Assembly: GCF_039654945.1 (NCBI RefSeq) | Contig: NW_027361771.1 | Location: 2,480,001-2,544,000, forward strand | Direction: 5' to 3' | DNA from: Dendrobates tinctorius | Taxonomy: Eukaryota | Length of the DNA stretch: 64,000 nt | Shown: positions 61,654 to 64,000 of the stretch, one piece after another | How positions within the stretch are numbered: the first letter of the stretch is position 1 | How the letters are laid out: every line of letters begins with the position of its first letter | Notes under the pieces: generated by a model | Told to the model about the DNA's origin: nothing | What the model saw: the letters and a program-made list of their open reading frames with translations, nothing else | Database searches by the model: none | Made by a program: the position numbers and the translations under genes

Positions 61654-62503
61654 ATGCTATGCATTGTCTACCCACTATAACCTTAATGTGGAATTCTAGG
61701 ATCGTATTATGGATATAGATTCAAAGTAGGCACACCTATGTGATTTATTCTGTTTTTAAATCTATCAATAAATATAATAATTTGTGCTTTATGATTATGC
61801 AGTAATTAGGGAATCTTTTATATTAAAATTCAATCCCTCATATCTAGGCTGCTCTCCCATTAATAGTGGCAATTTATGATAATGCACCGCTATCAGGTTG
61901 TAAATATAATGCCACCCCAAATTCTATAGTGTTGCATATATATTCACTGCCACTCTCATAGTGTATCTAAACTTCTCATATCAGCATGTTATTGTGCTTA
62001 TAGTGTCACCAATATTGTGCTGTTCTTTCTTGCACTTGATGTTATTGGTACAGATATTATCCTGATGTTACTGCACTAATGCCCTTATGGTACAGAAATT
62101 TCCCTGATATCATTGCACTATGCCCTTTAAGGCCCTAAAGAGCAGTAATAGTATACGGAACCATACAATCCAAGCAGTGGCATTGATTATATGGATATAT
62201 TGCCTATATTAATTTCTGGTCTTAATCCTGTATAGACTCCAAGCTATCATAGCAGAATTTATCACCTCAAGTGGGGACATAATAAATTGCCTAATAAATT
62301 GAGCCCCACTTTTGTCCATTCACAGACTCTTTGTACCACCATTTTAGGATGTAATAATACTACTTTATCATTGCCTTCCCGCCCTAAACACCTCTAGAGA
62401 CCATGTGAAGCTATAAGCTCAGTTTATGTCTATAATATTGGTAATCTAGAATCAATAGGAGGGATGAGTAAGTCTTGTTAATTCTGTGTCGCTTTCATTT
62501 CAG

Positions 62504-62638
62504 GTTGCTGAGATAAATAAGGCTTCCAAGGAAGGAGAGCCATATGTGGCACTTGGATCTTCTAACTCTACCGAGAAAATTGAGACCAAAGTGGACGCAT
62601 ATGAAGATGGATTTGTCCCTGCCACTCAGTTGCACACG
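62504..62638 (+). CDS. RECQL5: RECQL5 exon (VAEINKASKEGEPY...GFVPATQLHT)
   Basis: Matches human VADIHRASKDGQPY; tttcag / gtgtgt. Confidence 0.93.
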
Positions 62639-62739
62639 GTGTGTAGGAGCATTCAGCCGAAAACCTAAATGACACCTCTGTTTGTACATTATACATAGCA
62701 ATAATGACAAATCTACATTTCTTATTCATTTGTGTTCAG

Positions 62740-63470
62740 TTCAAGCGTAAGAGAGTTGGGGCACCATCACTTTTCCAAACAGCTTCAAGTCTACTGCAGA
62801 CTACCACAACCAATGTTGATGCACAGAACAAACAGCCCATTCCTGGTTCTACCAAGCTAAACGAACCTACTAGCGCTAGTACACCTTCTGAAATGATTGA
62901 AAGTCCCAGTAAAAAGGTTTACAGCCCAAATAAGAAGACATATCAAAGCAAGAAGAAGCAAGAGCTAGCCTCTGCTGCTGCTAAAGACTCACAGGACATT
63001 TCCAAGTTTTTCTCATTCCAGAAGAAATCTGAATCCACCACTAGTGACAATAGTTTAGCAAAAAATGACAGTCCAGCGACTGACATTACCTGTTTTAGTG
63101 ACAATTTTGAAATCCATGAAACCTTCTCCTCTGACCCTGTAGATAGTCTACTCAATAGCAGTATTGGAACTGATGAAGATGAGCTGGATCCTAGCAGAAA
63201 AAGGGATATTGTCTCACCATCAGAGAAAAGTCATCTTTTTGTGGACATATCTACAGAACAGTCTTCAAACACTAAAAAGCTCGCTGACACATGGGCCCAC
63301 ACAACTGCGACTATAGACATGAAAGCTGAAGATCTGCAACCATCAGAAACGTGTGCTATGGGTGCCTTCATACTACCACCACTTCAAAGAAAGGAACCTT
63401 CTGAGGAGTCCCAGGTGCCATCACAGAGTTTTTCTGAGTTGGTCTCAGACTTTCCTGCAAAGCATAGTAG
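62740..63470 (+). CDS. RECQL5: RECQL5 large exon (FKRKRVGAPSLFQTAS...SKKKQELASAAAKDSQDISKFF...)
   Basis: Matches human KPKRVGAG...FQTA (BRCv) and [22 protein letters not shown]; gttcag / gtaagc. Confidence 0.93.
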
Positions 63471-63563
63471 GTAAGCATGGTTGTAGTTGTACAAGAAACA
63501 AATGAATACGAAGATATTTGGAAAATGTTAATGCTCAATCTGTTTTCTTCATTGCATATCCAG

Positions 63564-63600
63564 GACTTCAGAACCTGAGAAGAATGAATCCGAGCAACAG
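63564..63600 (+). CDS. RECQL5: Probable RECQL5 small exon (TSEPEKNESEQQ)
   Basis: atccag acceptor is phase-2 compatible; CAG|gttagc donor. Confidence 0.7.
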
Positions 63601-64000
63601 GTTAGCGGTGTATGATGATTGTTGGGGGATTTAATGAAATTGTAAAAATTTGACTGAATACACTACCACATTAGCAAGTTACTATGTATATCAAATATCC
63701 ATAATGGTATTGTGATAGTATCATTGCTCCCAACCGTCCCGGATTCAGCGGGACTGTCTCGATTTGATGGCTCAGATCTGCTGTCCTAGTACGTCGAGGC
63801 TTTGTCCCGACTTCCTCTCTTCCCTGGTCCCGTAACTCCTACCCTGGGGCAGGGCCAGCATCTCTTTGCTCACATAAATTAAATAATTCTATTCTCTGGT
63901 CTCCCAGAGAATCAAACCCTCCATGATCACAGGCAGCATCTCTAGCTATGAGCTATAGCACACAGTGATGAAGATAGGAGGTAATCTTGGTACATAGAGA

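Overview
This is eukaryotic, TE-rich vertebrate genomic DNA, almost certainly from an anuran (frog); that call is inferred from Frog Prince-like Tc1, TTAA-flanked T2-type MITEs and the DIRS/Penelope types. The host gene is RECQL5 on +. Nine coding exons (24629-63600) run from the Zn-binding region through IRI/KIX to the BRCv region, with consistent GT-AG phases. SMIM5 is nested antisense in the large upstream intron (7947-8275). The RECQL5 introns are inflated by three nested transposon stacks. (1) A Tc1 element (26774-33880) carries an L2 LINE, a TTAA-flanked piggyBac-like element with telomere-like repeats, and a Penelope fragment with hammerhead ribozymes. (2) An old MITE contains a full-length DIRS1 retrotransposon, which contains a complete two-gene PIF/Harbinger transposon (39516-44645). 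The Harbinger has a 2-exon transposase and an intact 7-exon, 602-aa MADF/BESS-like partner gene that the ORF track does not show, with a hAT-type MITE in one of its introns. (3) A Tc1 contains a deleted DIRS, which contains a solo LTR. An apparently intact DD34E Tc1 (58380-59982) and many palindromic MITEs are also present. All calls are by eye; no database searches were run.
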